Assembly (NCBI GenBank): GCA_965603825.1
Contig: CBFDEM010000047.1
Span: 310,001 to 374,000, forward strand
Source of the DNA: Blepharisma stoltei ATCC 30299
Lineage: Eukaryota > Protista > Ciliophora
Length of the DNA stretch: 64,000 bases
Direction: 5' to 3'
The stretch's first letter is position 1. Every line of letters starts with the position of its first letter. Made by a program: the position numbers and the translations under genes. Positions 1-12,068 of the stretch are shown here, piece after piece. The notes beneath the pieces were generated by a model that saw nothing but the letters and a program-made list of their open reading frames with translations, was not told the DNA's origin and did not search any database.

Positions 1-1294
1 TCATTTTATCATTATTCTCGCTTTCTAGTAAAGCTTTTGCTTGTAGGAGATATTCTTCACCTTTTTCGTAATTTTTTAAGTCATAATAAGCCGATCCAAG
101 ATAGAAATAATTCATCGTAGCGCCATATGGGATCATTCCAAGGATCGACTTGATTGCCAGTGATTTTTGCGAACAATCTATTGATTTTTCAAGCTCACCG
201 AAGTCATATGCTTCAGCTGATAAGCTATCATAGCATATGCTAGCCTCAAATGAATTTTGATAAGGGACTTTTTTTAGCGCTTCTAAGCACTTTGCAAATA
301 ACTTTTTGGAGATCTCTACACCTCCATTAATTTTGAATCTTTTTCCCATTTCGTTATAAAACAATGCTATGTCTACACTATTCCTTCCCCTCAAATCTTC
401 TGTAATTTTTGCTCCTTTTTCACAAGCTTCTTCTGCTTCTTTATCGTTTCCCAATTCTTTACATAATAATGCTAATCTCTTTACAGGCTCGATGTCGTAC
501 ACCTTTAGAGTATCCCTTATATCAATAGCACTTTGCGCCCATCTTTTAGCTTCTGCCGGGTTTTTTATTTCCGCATACGATATAGAAAGTAGATTATCAA
601 TATTAGCAATTTCCATAGAAATTGGCCCAGAAAGATTTTCATATATTTTTCTACTTTTTTTATAATTGTCTATTGCAAGGCTATGCTTACTTTTTGACAA
701 AGCAATATGGCCAGCATAAAGAAAATAATCTGCAGCACCTCCATCGGCGCTATTTACTTTTTGATTCATACAATGAGAAGCGGTGGCGAGTGCTTTTTCA
801 GCTTTTTCAATATCATTATTCATGTAGTAAACTATTAATAAATCAGTTAACCTATAAGCTACTTCTGAACTTTGCTCTCCGTGCAGGCTTTTCTCGACTT
901 TTAAAGCCTTTTCGTATCATTCAATTGCTTTTGGAAGTAATTTCATTTCTCGATAGCAATTGCCTAGGTGAATAAATTGCTCCACGAGCTTGGGATATTC
1001 AGGACCTAAAATATTTTCAGCAATTTTGGCTGATTTTTCATGATATGTTGTAGATTCATGTAGATTACCGCTTGCCCAAAAAGAAAGCCCAAGCTTATTA
1101 TATAGAAACATTAAATCCGTCAAATTTTGATCTTTTTCAGCTTGAGCAATTTTTGACCTAAGCTCATCAATCGAATTTGGATTAAAAGAGTATTGTACAA
1201 ACTGAAAGTTGTTTAAACCGCTTTGTGATTCGATGGAGTTTAAGAGGAGATTTCAAGGTGCGCCTTTGCTGATTTTACTCAACAAGAGCAACAT
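1..1294 (-). CDS. TPR-repeat protein, tandem copy A (3' end runs off the window)
   Basis: ATG at 1294 (MLLLLSKISKGAPW...). The frame stays open to base 1 with TGA read as Trp (e.g. 917-919). Highly similar to copies B and C; TPR-like helices (A..YNEMG, CYD.L). Confidence 0.85.
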
Positions 1295-1567
1295 TTTATT
1301 ATATATTTATTAGAAGAAGCAACTTAGAGTCTAAGATTTTACAAATCATTAAAATTTATCATAATTTTTAATTATTGTTTATATTGCTAACAGTATCCAT
1401 TAGTCTCCACGTTCCTAATAAAATATATATTTTAAAATATCACAATTATTATCCTTATTGACAGCATGACAAACAATTAATCTATTTATAGTTTAATATA
1501 AAAATTCATTGCTACAATGAGCAATATAAAATAATTTATAATTTCTCGGGCGAATAATTTTATTGGA

Positions 1568-3544
1568 TTATTCATTACTATCTCGTCTTATTGACTCAAT
1601 TTTAGATCTTAATCGAGTTACCCTTGCTTCCATACCTGGTATTTCTATCAAAACTTGTTCTGCTTTTTTATAACAATTAATAGCAGCTTCTTTATCCCCT
1701 TTTGAATTATAAAAATCACCAAAAGAAACATATCCTACCGCAACCATAGTATCTTTTTCTCCAACTGTGCGCAAATAGCTCTGCAACCCTTTTTCATAAA
1801 GCTCAGAAGCTTTATCCCACTCTTTTAAGTCTTTATAAACATCTGCAAATGCATAATAGAATACACCGATTCCTGGGTCGTTGTTACCAAATTCTAGCTC
1901 TCTAGCGCTTATAGCTCTTTTATGTTCAGCTATTGCTTTATCAAATTCTCCTTGAGCTCTATACACCTCAGCCATGTGACTAAAAACATCAGTATTTGCA
2001 AAATTGAATGGGCCTAATGCCTGATTATTTATTTCAATAGCCTTTTTATATGCATCAATGCTATCTTTCCATTTACCCCATAATTTATATGTAGCTCCCA
2101 AATTTATATACCTAGTTGCTATTTCTGGATGGATTCTCCCTTGAATTTCGCATGCTAATTCAATGCCTCTGCTGGAAAATTCCACAGCTTCTGCGTATCT
2201 TCCAATATCTCGGTACAAAAAGCCAAGCCCACTTCAGCATGCTTCTAAAGCATATTTATCATCATTCTCGCTTTCTAGTAAATTTTTTGCTTTTAGAAGA
2301 TATTCTTCACCTTTTTCGTAATTTTTTAAGTCATAATAAGCCGTTCCAAGATAGAAATAATTTGTCTTAGCACCATATGGAATCATTCCAAGGATTGACT
2401 TGATTGCCAGTGATTTTTGCGAACAATCGATTGATTTTTCAAGCTCACCGAAGCGATATGCTTCAGCTGCTAAATTATCATAGCATATGGTAGCCTCATA
2501 TGAATTTTGGTAAGGAACATTTTTTAGCGCTTCTAAGCATTTTGCAAATAACTTTTTTGATATCTCTACACCTCCATTAATTTTGAATTTATTCCCCATT
2601 TCATTATAAAAAAGAGCTATGTCTACACTATTCAATCCCCTCAAATCTTCTGCAATTTTTGCTCCTTTTTCACAAGCTTCTTCTGCTTCTTTATCGCTTC
2701 CCAATTCTTTACATAATAATGCTAATCTCTTTACAGGTTCCATGTCGTATACCTTTAGAGTATCCCTTATACCAATAGTACTTTGCGCCCATCTTTTAGC
2801 TTCTGCCGGGTTTTTTATTTCCATGTACGCAATAGAAAGTAGATTATCAATAACGGCAATTTCCATAGTTATTGGCCCAGAAAGATTTTCATATATTTTT
2901 CTACTTTTTTTATAATTGTCTATTGCAAGGCTATGCTTACTTTTTGACAAAGCAATATGGCCAGCATAAAGAAAATAGACTGCAGCACCTCCATCGGCGC
3001 TATTTACTTTTTGATTCATATAATGAGAAGCGGTGGCGATTGCTTTTTCAGCTTTTTCAATATCATTATTCATGTGGTAAACTATTAATAAATCAATTAA
3101 CGTATAAGCTACTTGTGAACTTTGTTCTCCGTACAGGTTTATCTCGATTTTTAAAGCCTTTTCGTATCATTCAATTGCTTTTGGAGGTACCTTCATTTCT
3201 CGATAGCAATGGCCTAAGTGAATAAATTGCTCTACGAGCATGGGATATTCAGAACCTGCAATCTTTTCAGCAATTTTGGCAGATTTTTCATGATATGTTA
3301 TAGATTCATGCAGCTTACCACTTGCCCAAAAAGAAAACCCAAGCTTATTATAAAAAATTATTAAATCCCTCAAATTTTGATCTTTTTCAGCTTGAGCAAT
3401 TTTTGACCTAAGTTCATCAATCGAATTTGAATTAAAAGAGTATTGTCTAAACTGAAAGTTGTTTAAACCGCATTGCGATTTGATGGATCTCAAGAGGAGT
3501 CTTCAAGGTGCACCTTTGCTGATTTTATTTAACAAGAACAGCAT
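1568..3544 (-). CDS. TPR-repeat protein (kinesin-light-chain/TPR_12-like 42-aa repeats), tandem copy B, 658 aa, intact
   Basis: ORFs 3167-3493, 2234-3073 and 1568-2218 share one frame and are separated only by TGA. ATG 3544, TAA 1568-1570. Motifs such as HPEIATRYINLGATY and DPGIGVFYYAFADVY. Confidence 0.88.
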
Positions 3545-3784
3545 TTTATTATATATTTACTAGAAGATGCAACTTAGCGCCTAAGATTTTATAAATTATT
3601 AAAATTTATCATAATTTTGAATCATTGTATATATTGCTTATACTATCAATTAGCCTCCACGTTCCTAATAAAATATAATATTTTGTACCATTTTTTAAAT
3701 ATCACAATTATTATCCTTTTGACGCATGGACAAGCCAATTGCATCTATTTAATAGTTTAATATAAAATATATCTAAATTGTTCT

Positions 3785-3824
3785 TATTATATCCAATATA
3801 GTTTAAACTATATTGGATATAATA
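3785..3824. repeat. Perfect 40-bp palindrome
   Basis: TATTATATCCAATATAGTTT|AAACTATATTGGATATAATA is its own reverse complement. Confidence 0.95.
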
Positions 3825-3931
3825 TGTAAGTATTTGATAAAAATCTAACTTTAATTTAATATAAAATTTCATTGTTATAATAAGCAATATAAAAAAATTT
3901 ATAATTTCTTGGGCGAATAAATCTTATTGAA

Positions 3932-5907
3932 TTATTCATTACTGTCTCCTCTTATTGACTCAATTTTAGATCTTAATTGAGTTACCCTTGCTTCCATACC
4001 TGGTATTTCTATCAAAACTTGTTCTTCTTTTTTATAACAATCAATAGCAGCTTCTTTATCCCCTTTTGAATTATAAAGATCACCAAAAGAAACATATCCT
4101 ACCGCAACCATAGTATCTTTTTCTCCAACTGTGCGCAAATAGCTCTGCAACCCTTTTTCATAAAGCTCAGAAGCTTTATCCCACTCTTTTAATTCTTTAT
4201 AAACATCTGCAAGTGCATAATAGAATACACCAATTCCTGGGTCGTTGCTACCAAATTCTAGCTCTCTAGCGCTTATAGCTCTTTTATGTTCAGCTATTGC
4301 TTTATCAAATTCTCCTTGAACCCTATACACCTCAGCCATATGACTGAAAACATCAGTATTTGCAAAATTGAATGGGCCTAATGCCTGATTATTTATTTAA
4401 ATAGCCTTTTCATATGTATCAATGCTATCTTTCCATTTACCCCATAATTTATATGTAGCTCCCAAATTTATATACCTAGTTGCTATTCCTGGATGGATTC
4501 TCCCTTCAATTTCGCATGCTAATTCAATGCCTCTATTTAAAAATTCAACAGCTTCTGCTTATCTTCCCATATCTCGGTACAAACAGCCAAGCCCACTTAA
4601 GCATGCTTCTAAAGTCATTTTATCACTATTCTCGCTTTCTAGTAAATTTTTTGCTTTTAGAAGATATTCTTCACCTTTTTCGTAATTTTTTAAGTCATAA
4701 TAAGCCGATCCAAGATAGAAATAATTCATCGTAGCGCCATATGGGATCATTCCAAGCATTGAATTGATTGTCAGCGATTTTTGCGAACAATCTATTGATT
4801 TTTCAAGCTCGCCGAAGCGATATGCTTTAACTGCTAAATCATCATAGCATGTGGTAACCTCATATGAATTTTGATAAGAGACTTTTTTTAGGGCTTCTAA
4901 GCATTTTGCAAATAACTTTTTGGAGATCCCTACACCTCCATTAATTTCTAATTTTTTCCCCATTTCATTATAAAAAAGAGCAATTTCTAAGCTATTCACT
5001 CCTTTATAAAATTGCGTAATTTTTGCTCCTTTTTCGCAAGCTTCTTCTGCTTCTTTATCGTTTCCCAAATCTTTACATAATAATGCTAATCTCTTTATAA
5101 GTTCGATGTCATATTCCTTTAAAGTATCCCTTATACCAATAGCACTTTGCGCCCATCTTTTAGCTTCTGCCAGGTTTTTTATTTCCATATACGACATAGA
5201 AAGTAGATTATCAATATTAGCAATTTCCATCATAGCTGGCCCGAAAATATTTTCATATATTTTTCTACTTTTTTTATAATTGTCTATTGCAAGGCTATGC
5301 TTACTTTTTGATAAAGCAATATGGCCAGCATAAAGAAAATAGACTGCAGCACCTCCATCGGCGCTATTTACTTTTTGATTCATATAATGAGAAGCGGTGG
5401 CGATTGCTTTTTCAGCTTTTTCAATATCATTAATCTTGCGGTAAAGTTGTAATAAATCAGTTAATGTATTAGCTGCTTGTGAACTTTGTTCTCCGTACAG
5501 GTTTATCTCGATTTTTAAAGCCTTTTCGTATCATTCAATTGCTTTTGGACGCCATTTTATTTCTCGATAACAATTGCCTAGGTGAATAAATTGGCCCACG
5601 AGCTTGGGATATTCAGAAGCTAAAATCTTTTCAGCAATTTGGCTGATTTTTCATGATATGTTACAGATTCATGCAGATTGTCGCTTATCCAAAAATAAAA
5701 CCCAAGCTTATTATATAGAAATATTAAATCCGTCAAATTTTGATCTTTTTCAGCTTGAGCAATTTTTGACCTAAGTTCATCAATCGAACTTGGATTAGAA
5801 GAGTATTGTCTAAACTGAAAGTTTTTTAAACCGCCTTGTGATTCGATGGATCTCAAGAGATGTCTTCAAGGTCCACCTTTACTGGTTTTACTCAACAAGA
5901 GCAACAT
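3932..5907 (-). pseudogene. TPR-repeat pseudogene, tandem copy C
   Basis: Full-length paralog of copy B with three lesions: a 1-bp deletion near 5638-5640 (CAATTTGG vs CAATTTTGG), TAC>TAA at 4559-4561 and GAA>TAA at 4397-4399. Confidence 0.85.
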
Positions 5908-6203
5908 TTTATTATATGTTTATTAGAAGATGCAAATTATTCTAGATTTTATAAATTATAAAAATTTATCATAATTTTTGAATTCTTGTTTATATTGCTA
6001 ATACTATCAGTTAGCCTCCACGTTCCTAATAAAATATAATATTTGTACCATTTTTTTAAATTTCGCAATTATTATCCTTTTGACGCATCGGCAAGGCAAT
6101 TTCATCTATTCAATAATTTAATATAATATATAGCTAAATTGTTCTTATTATATCCAGCATAGTTTAAGCATTAATTGATATAATATGTAAGTATTGAATA
6201 ATA

Positions 6204-7274
6204 TTAATATAAATTCAGCTTAGTTGTTATTATTACCTTCATTGATTGGTCTAAACATGATAACACTGCTAATCCTAACCTATCTGCGCTCCAATCAAAA
6301 CTTGCAACAGGCTGTGTGGATAAATCTCTTTGGTTCAGCATTGTCACACTCCCTGGCACACCTTTGGGGTTTCCATTCATATCCTGAACTGATCTTTGTG
6401 AAGGATAATTATATTTATATAGATTCAAGCTCCCATTTCCTCCTAAAGTCACAAAAAGATCACGATTCTGAGGCAGATGCTTTACTCCTCATACAGTAGC
6501 GCCATGGACTTTTTCAATTGCTTCAGCATACCCGCCTTCAGTTGCATTAAAAGTTCTTAAATCAAAAATGTGGAATTTTCCTTCAAGAGTTGTAGCTACA
6601 ATTTTGTTCATCATTTGGTCTCTTCTGTCAAATTGAAGTCCACAAACCCCATTCTTTAAATTTGTGTCCCATTGCAAATAATTAGTTCTCAGATCAAATA
6701 GCTTGATGTCTCCATTATCATAGCCAGCTGCTAGCATACGTTCAGAGTCATTATAGCAATTTCCAAAGCAAACAGCCCAGCAATCAGGCTTGATTTCTTC
6801 AGCGGGTTCTAATGAAACAACTGGAGCCTCTTGTCTTATATCTCATACTTTCACACAGCCATCTCTGCCGCCAGTGACTAATTCAGGAGGGCCCATTCCA
6901 CTGCCTCCAGCGCCTTCTAGGCTGTTTATCAAGCCTTCATGAGCTTTTACTTTATATACTTCTTGTTGAGTTTCTAGATCCAAAATCGTCAAATTCCCTG
7001 AAAAATCACCAATTGCTATTTGGCGGTTAGTCAAAGAAGATGCTCCAAATGTCGCGCATTTATACCCACTACCTTTTGTGAACTCATGAAGAAGCCGAAG
7101 CTTGCCTTCAGTTTTTTGATCTAATTGAAAAAGCTGGAATATTCCTTTCATGCTAGGAGATTGGCCTAGTATCACAAATCGAGAGCTGCAAGGAATCCAT
7201 TTGGTATCAAAAGGTGTGTAAGTGAGATTTCTATGGGCATGCTCGATTATTTGAGGCGCGTCGGTGGAATCCAT
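6204..7274 (-). CDS. WDR92: WD repeat protein WDR92 / dynein axonemal assembly factor 10, 356 aa
   Basis: PQIIEH..., [39 protein letters not shown] and the C-terminal TKLNLY. Two TGA codons (6843, 6489) fall at Trp positions. Confidence 0.93.
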
Positions 7275-7438
7275 TTTTATGTAATGAATTTCAGCTGATT
7301 AATAATTTTCTATTTTTCTTTTGATTAAATTTTCAGTTCAAATTCATAATTTTTCTCCGCTGAAAATACATTTCTTTATTTTTTACTTTAAATTAGTCAG
7401 TATTGTCGTAAATTTAGATATTTCATTTTAACAGATTA

Positions 7439-8170
7439 ATGGACTCGGACTCTTCACTCCTTCTGGACAAATCTAGCCGCTATAATCAATCTTTACTTGT
7501 GAAACTTTCTGAATCAGTAAATTCCAAATAGGAAATTAAAAATAGCGAATTAACTGCTGCATGCTTAGCCCGGGATTCTGAGATTTTGAGGCTCGAAAAT
7601 AAAATCTACGAATTATCTTCGGCTCTTAAGAAATTAGAAAACGAAAAATCATTGCTTTTAGTCTCTGCGTCTACACAAACACAGGAGATTTTTGGGCCGC
7701 ATCGCAATGAAAACTGCGAAAAAAATTCAAATGAAAAGAATTTGCTTATTTTGAAAATAAAGAGCTTAGAAAAATCCTTATTGGATTCTGAAGCCATGTG
7801 TGATGAATTAGAAGAAAAGCTGAGAGAAAAAGAAAAAGAAATAACGAAACTTAAATTGCAGATAAAAGAACAAGATTCAACTAATGAATCTTTATCTTAT
7901 GTAAAAGGAAACTCTACAGACAGATCATTAAAAAACAATAACGACTGGAAAGAAGGAACATCACCAAGGTCATTATCTCATAACGTAAAGTCAAAAAGTA
8001 CAAAAAAATTATCCGTACCTAAACTATCCCTCATCACAATAATCAATGCTCATAACTCAAACGTAAATTTGCTGAGTGCTTCGCCTAAAAACGAATGAAA
8101 AATGGGCTACTACTCCCCAATTTATAAAAGTTTGAGAAATTCGCCTGTGAAATTGGTACACAAGAATTAG
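7439..8170 (+). CDS. Coiled-coil protein of unknown function, about 238 aa, one 15-nt intron
   Basis: ATG 7439, intron 7517-7531, E/K/L heptads. TGA 8096-8098 read as Trp, TAG 8168-8170. Confidence 0.7.
7517..7531 (+). other. 15-nt spliceosomal intron
   Basis: GTAAATTCCAAATAG; removing it deletes an in-frame TAG; A at position 10. Confidence 0.8.
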
Positions 8171-8332
8171 TGTAAATCTCTCAGCTTAATATTTAATTAT
8201 ACTGATAACTGATTTTTAATTCTGAAATAAATAATTTTCATCAATCTTTACTCACTTCATATCAAATTCAAAATTCTAAGACTACACCTTGCCACTCCTA
8301 ATTTCATATTACTTACCAAAAATGCAATTAAA

Positions 8333-11300
8333 ATGAATAACTATCACATTTACGACGAAATCGGTAAGGGGAAGTATTCGGTTGTTTACAAAGGCCGTAA
8401 AAAAAGAAGCATTGAATACCTTGCCATAAAATCAGTAGAAAAGTCTCGTCGAAAAAAAATTCTCAACGAAGTTCGAATTATGCATAATCTCGACCATGAA
8501 AACATCCTCAAATTTTACAGCTGATATGAAACTCGTAATCATCTATGGATCATTTTTGAATACTGCGCTGGCGGCTCTCTGCTCAATTTGATTGAAAGTG
8601 ATAAAACACTTCCTGAAGAATCAGTCCGCACTTTTGCTTTTGATTTAATGAAAGCACTTTTATACCTTCATAGCAATGGAATTATATATGGGGATTTGAA
8701 GCCTTCAAATATTTTATTCAATGAGTACGGGCAGCTTAAATTAGCTGATTTTGGCCTCTCAAGAAAAATTGTGGATTTAACTCAGGGTGATTCACAGAGC
8801 AAGCGAGGAACTCCTTTTTATATGGCTCCTGAGCTCTTCCAAGACGATGGCGTCTACTCATTTTATTCAGATTTTTGAAGTTTAGGATGTGTAGTATACG
8901 AATTAGCGACTGGCCAGCCTCCTTATATTTCTACATCATTTCAAGAGCTAGTCGAACAGATTTTAAATGCCCCAGTCCCAGAAATACCTGATTACAGCAG
9001 AGATTTTAACGATTTTTTAAAAGAGTTAATGCAAAAAGACCCAGCGAAGCGCATAAGTTGGGATGAAGTAACAGTCCATCCTATATGAAAAGAAAATACG
9101 ATGACTTTAAATATCACTTTACCACCTCAGCCTTTATATGAGAAATACTTAAAAGCCAGAGGAGTTCAACAGAGGACCGTGAGTGCACAGGCCTCAAATA
9201 CACAATTTTCGTCAGGGAGGGTAGATTTAATGAGGATGTCTCAGAATATTCAAAAAAATCTGTTGAGAGAAAGCGTGAAAAATGGGTATCAGCAGAAAGA
9301 AGTAGAAGGAAATGATGTGAAATTGGATAACCGAGACCAAGTTGTAGACTTTGGGGAATACAAAGAAGAAGAGGAAGACGAAGAATCAGAAGAAAATACA
9401 GAACCTACTGAAGGAGAAAAAGATAGTGGCTTAGAAGAAGAAATTGGCATAATTGAAGAAGAAAAGCAAGAAGTTAAAGATAATAGGCCGATAACGATCC
9501 AGGGAGGACTTAGAAATCCTCCTGTTTCGATAGAAGAAGAAAGGCCTAATTCAGCCAGCCAAAGGGTGAATTCAGCACAGCCAGCCAACTTAACAAAGCA
9601 GTCTTCTATTTCAAAACCGCCACCACCTTTTGAAGCCATCATGATCCACAACTCTGATACTTCTGTCAAGCCAATTATTGGGAACCGTGAACTGGAAAAA
9701 CAAGGCGAGCTGTCTTTTAACCCTCAAACGCTTGGATTTGAAGCTTGGACAAGCGAAGATGTAATGGCGAACGCCGAAAAGCGTGAAATTGAGGCCCATT
9801 TCCATCAGATTTACCAAGCTTTGACATCTTCAGCACAAGGAATTGATAAACTGAATATTTTGACTTATTTCGAAACTTTGATTATAAATTCAACAGTAGC
9901 AAACAAGTTGATAGTGTCTCCATCTGTGGGGCTACTAATAAGACTGCTAAGGTCAAGCAAGTCTTCGCCGATGAAGGTCAGAATTTGCAGTATTCTAGGA
10001 CAAATGGTGAGATATTCTACTTTTATAGAAGTCACTTTAGCAGAGTCTGGGCTTTATCAAGCTTTAAGCGAACAGATTAAGGATAAAAACGAAAAAGTTC
10101 GCAGACGAGCTATGGCAGCACTTGGAGAGTACTTATTTTACGCAGCCACTCAAATGGATGATGAGCAAGGCCAATCAGTTTGGGAAATCCCGCATTTAAT
10201 TTTTGCATTGGTAATAAAAGTCAGTAAATCTGGAGAAGATGAAATTTTGCGGTTTTATGCTATAAAAACTATCGAAAATATCACAGCACAAAGCACAAAA
10301 GCAGGCACAAAATTCGCTATTGCAGAAGTAGCACAGAATCTATGCTCGGTATATTTGTCGACAAAAAATGAGTATTGCAAGGTTGCAGCTTTATCAGCAT
10401 TATGTCATGTAATTAGGCTTAATTTATCATTATGCAGCACTGTGATAGAAAGGCTGGCAATTAGGCATATAAATTCAGGTCTTTCTGAAGATCTTCCTAA
10501 GATCCAGCAGAACTTTTTAACAATTTTGATACTAATCACCCAAAACCCACCCAGTCGCTTCGCAGCAATCCTAGCTGAGGATAAAAATTTTTTGTCTATT
10601 GTTTTATCTCTGCTAGAAAACCCCAATGTAGTTATCAGAGGCAAAGCATTAATTCTGCTGAATTTATTGATAAAAGCCAATGTAAGATGGATCCTTATAC
10701 TCTCAGAAAATAAGTTTTTTGCCATCATAGAAAAATTGTTAAGAGATTCGTATAGATATGTGCAGTGGTGCTTATTTTATTTATTAGTACAAATTGCTGA
10801 CCTTTCTCTCGTAATAGTCAAAAATGTAGCAGAAGATATGAAAATAGTGCTTGATAAGCGTGGACAATCAAAAAATGCGATAGTCTTATTACCTGTGGTT
10901 CAGCAAGTTATAACATCTGGGGCTGGTACGAACCATCTTTCATATCCAGCGCTTATAAAATTCCTGGTTGAAATCTTGGATTTATGCTTAAGGTCTTCAA
11001 GTTTTATAGAAATCACTCAACAAATTATGCTGCTACTTGAAGCATTAAGTGGGCAGACCAAGCAGCTAACCCAATACTCTGATGCTATTATAAAGTCTCT
11101 TCTGCCTGCTCTATTGACTTATAGTGGGGTGGAAGATATTGATACCAGATTCAGAAGCTTAAAAATTTTTTCTGATATTTTGCTGCCATTTTTATACGAA
11201 GACTCTATTTATGACCCTGGAAACTCAAGCAAGGTAACGACAAAAATTATGAATGAGCTACTAGTTAAACAGCTGATGCCGCAATACCAGAGACTATTAT

Positions 11301-12025
11301 CTGATCATGACCCAATTCCTCTATACGCCCACAAGCTATTAAGTGCCATAATTGAGAGATGTGCTGCTTTTGTTAGCATTGTAAAGCGCCAAGAACTAAT
11401 TCCAGTCATACTAGAAAGTTTTGAAGGAGGAAACCCAAAGCTGAACGTTCAAATTGTATCAATCGTCAAAAGAATTGTGGAGTCTAAAGAAACCACTTTA
11501 GAAGAGCTTGCTGGGCTTAGGATTATCCAAAAAGTCAACTCCATAATGAGATGTGTGCTGGAACAAGACTGATGCGTTGATAAAATGCTTGATATCTTAT
11601 ACGAACTTTTATTCCTTGCTGCTGATAGTTTGCGGGCCAAAAAATCTAACCCTGATTACTCAGCTCTTCGAATTATAGAGCCTCTCACAGACAATTTTCC
11701 TATTTGCGCCAAGCTTGTTAAACAAAACAACGACCAAGTAATTTCTATTTAGAATCTCATCGAAAAATGCACTCATTGTTTATCATTAATGATCCAGCTA
11801 TTTTGTAATAAAATTGCTCAGAACCCTACCCTGGAAATGATCCAAAGCTTAATAATTGTTTTATCAATTAAAAAGCCATCACTTCAACGACGATGCTTAA
11901 AAGTGCTAAAAGTGATTTCTCAGTCTGGGATCCCGATTCCTTCTTCCCCAGAACTTGCATCAATTTTGAGAAGAAATGAAGAAAAAGAAATCCAGCAGCT
12001 CGCTGCCGATATATGGGGTACTTAG
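8333..12025 (+). CDS. ULK4: ULK4/RUNKEL-family kinase with C-terminal ARM/HEAT repeats, about 1225 aa
   Basis: N-terminus MNNYHIYDEIGKGKYSVVYKGRKKRSIEY is typical of ULK4/RUNKEL. Also GDLKPSN, DFG, GTPFYMAPE and SDF(W=TGA)SLG. Intron at 11738-11752. Confidence 0.92.
11738..11752 (+). other. 15-nt spliceosomal intron
   Basis: GTAATTTCTATTTAG; phase 0, with an in-frame terminal TAG. Confidence 0.85.
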
Positions 12026-12068
12026 TATAGATAATTAGATAAGAAGTTAAATGGTGATGCTTGATTAA

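Larger units (their letters stand above)
1..6195. repeat. Tandem segmental triplication, unit about 2.25-2.36 kb (TPR gene plus flanks)
   Basis: Start codons at 1294, 3544 and 5907. Upstream non-coding DNA is also homologous up to about 6195, just short of the WDR92 stop codon. Confidence 0.92.

Noticed and set aside
4397-4561. In-frame TAA codons in TPR copy C as stop-codon readthrough
   Set aside because: They replace different residues (Tyr, Glu) and co-occur with a frameshift, so pseudogenisation is the simpler explanation.
369-4734. Plus-strand ORFs repeated within the TPR array
   Set aside because: They are antisense shadows of the TPR genes and recur only because of the duplication.
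8096-8170. Apparent depletion of TGA close to true stop codons
   Set aside because: The nearest TGA is 24 codons from a stop, but counts in one window are too small to support position-dependent termination.
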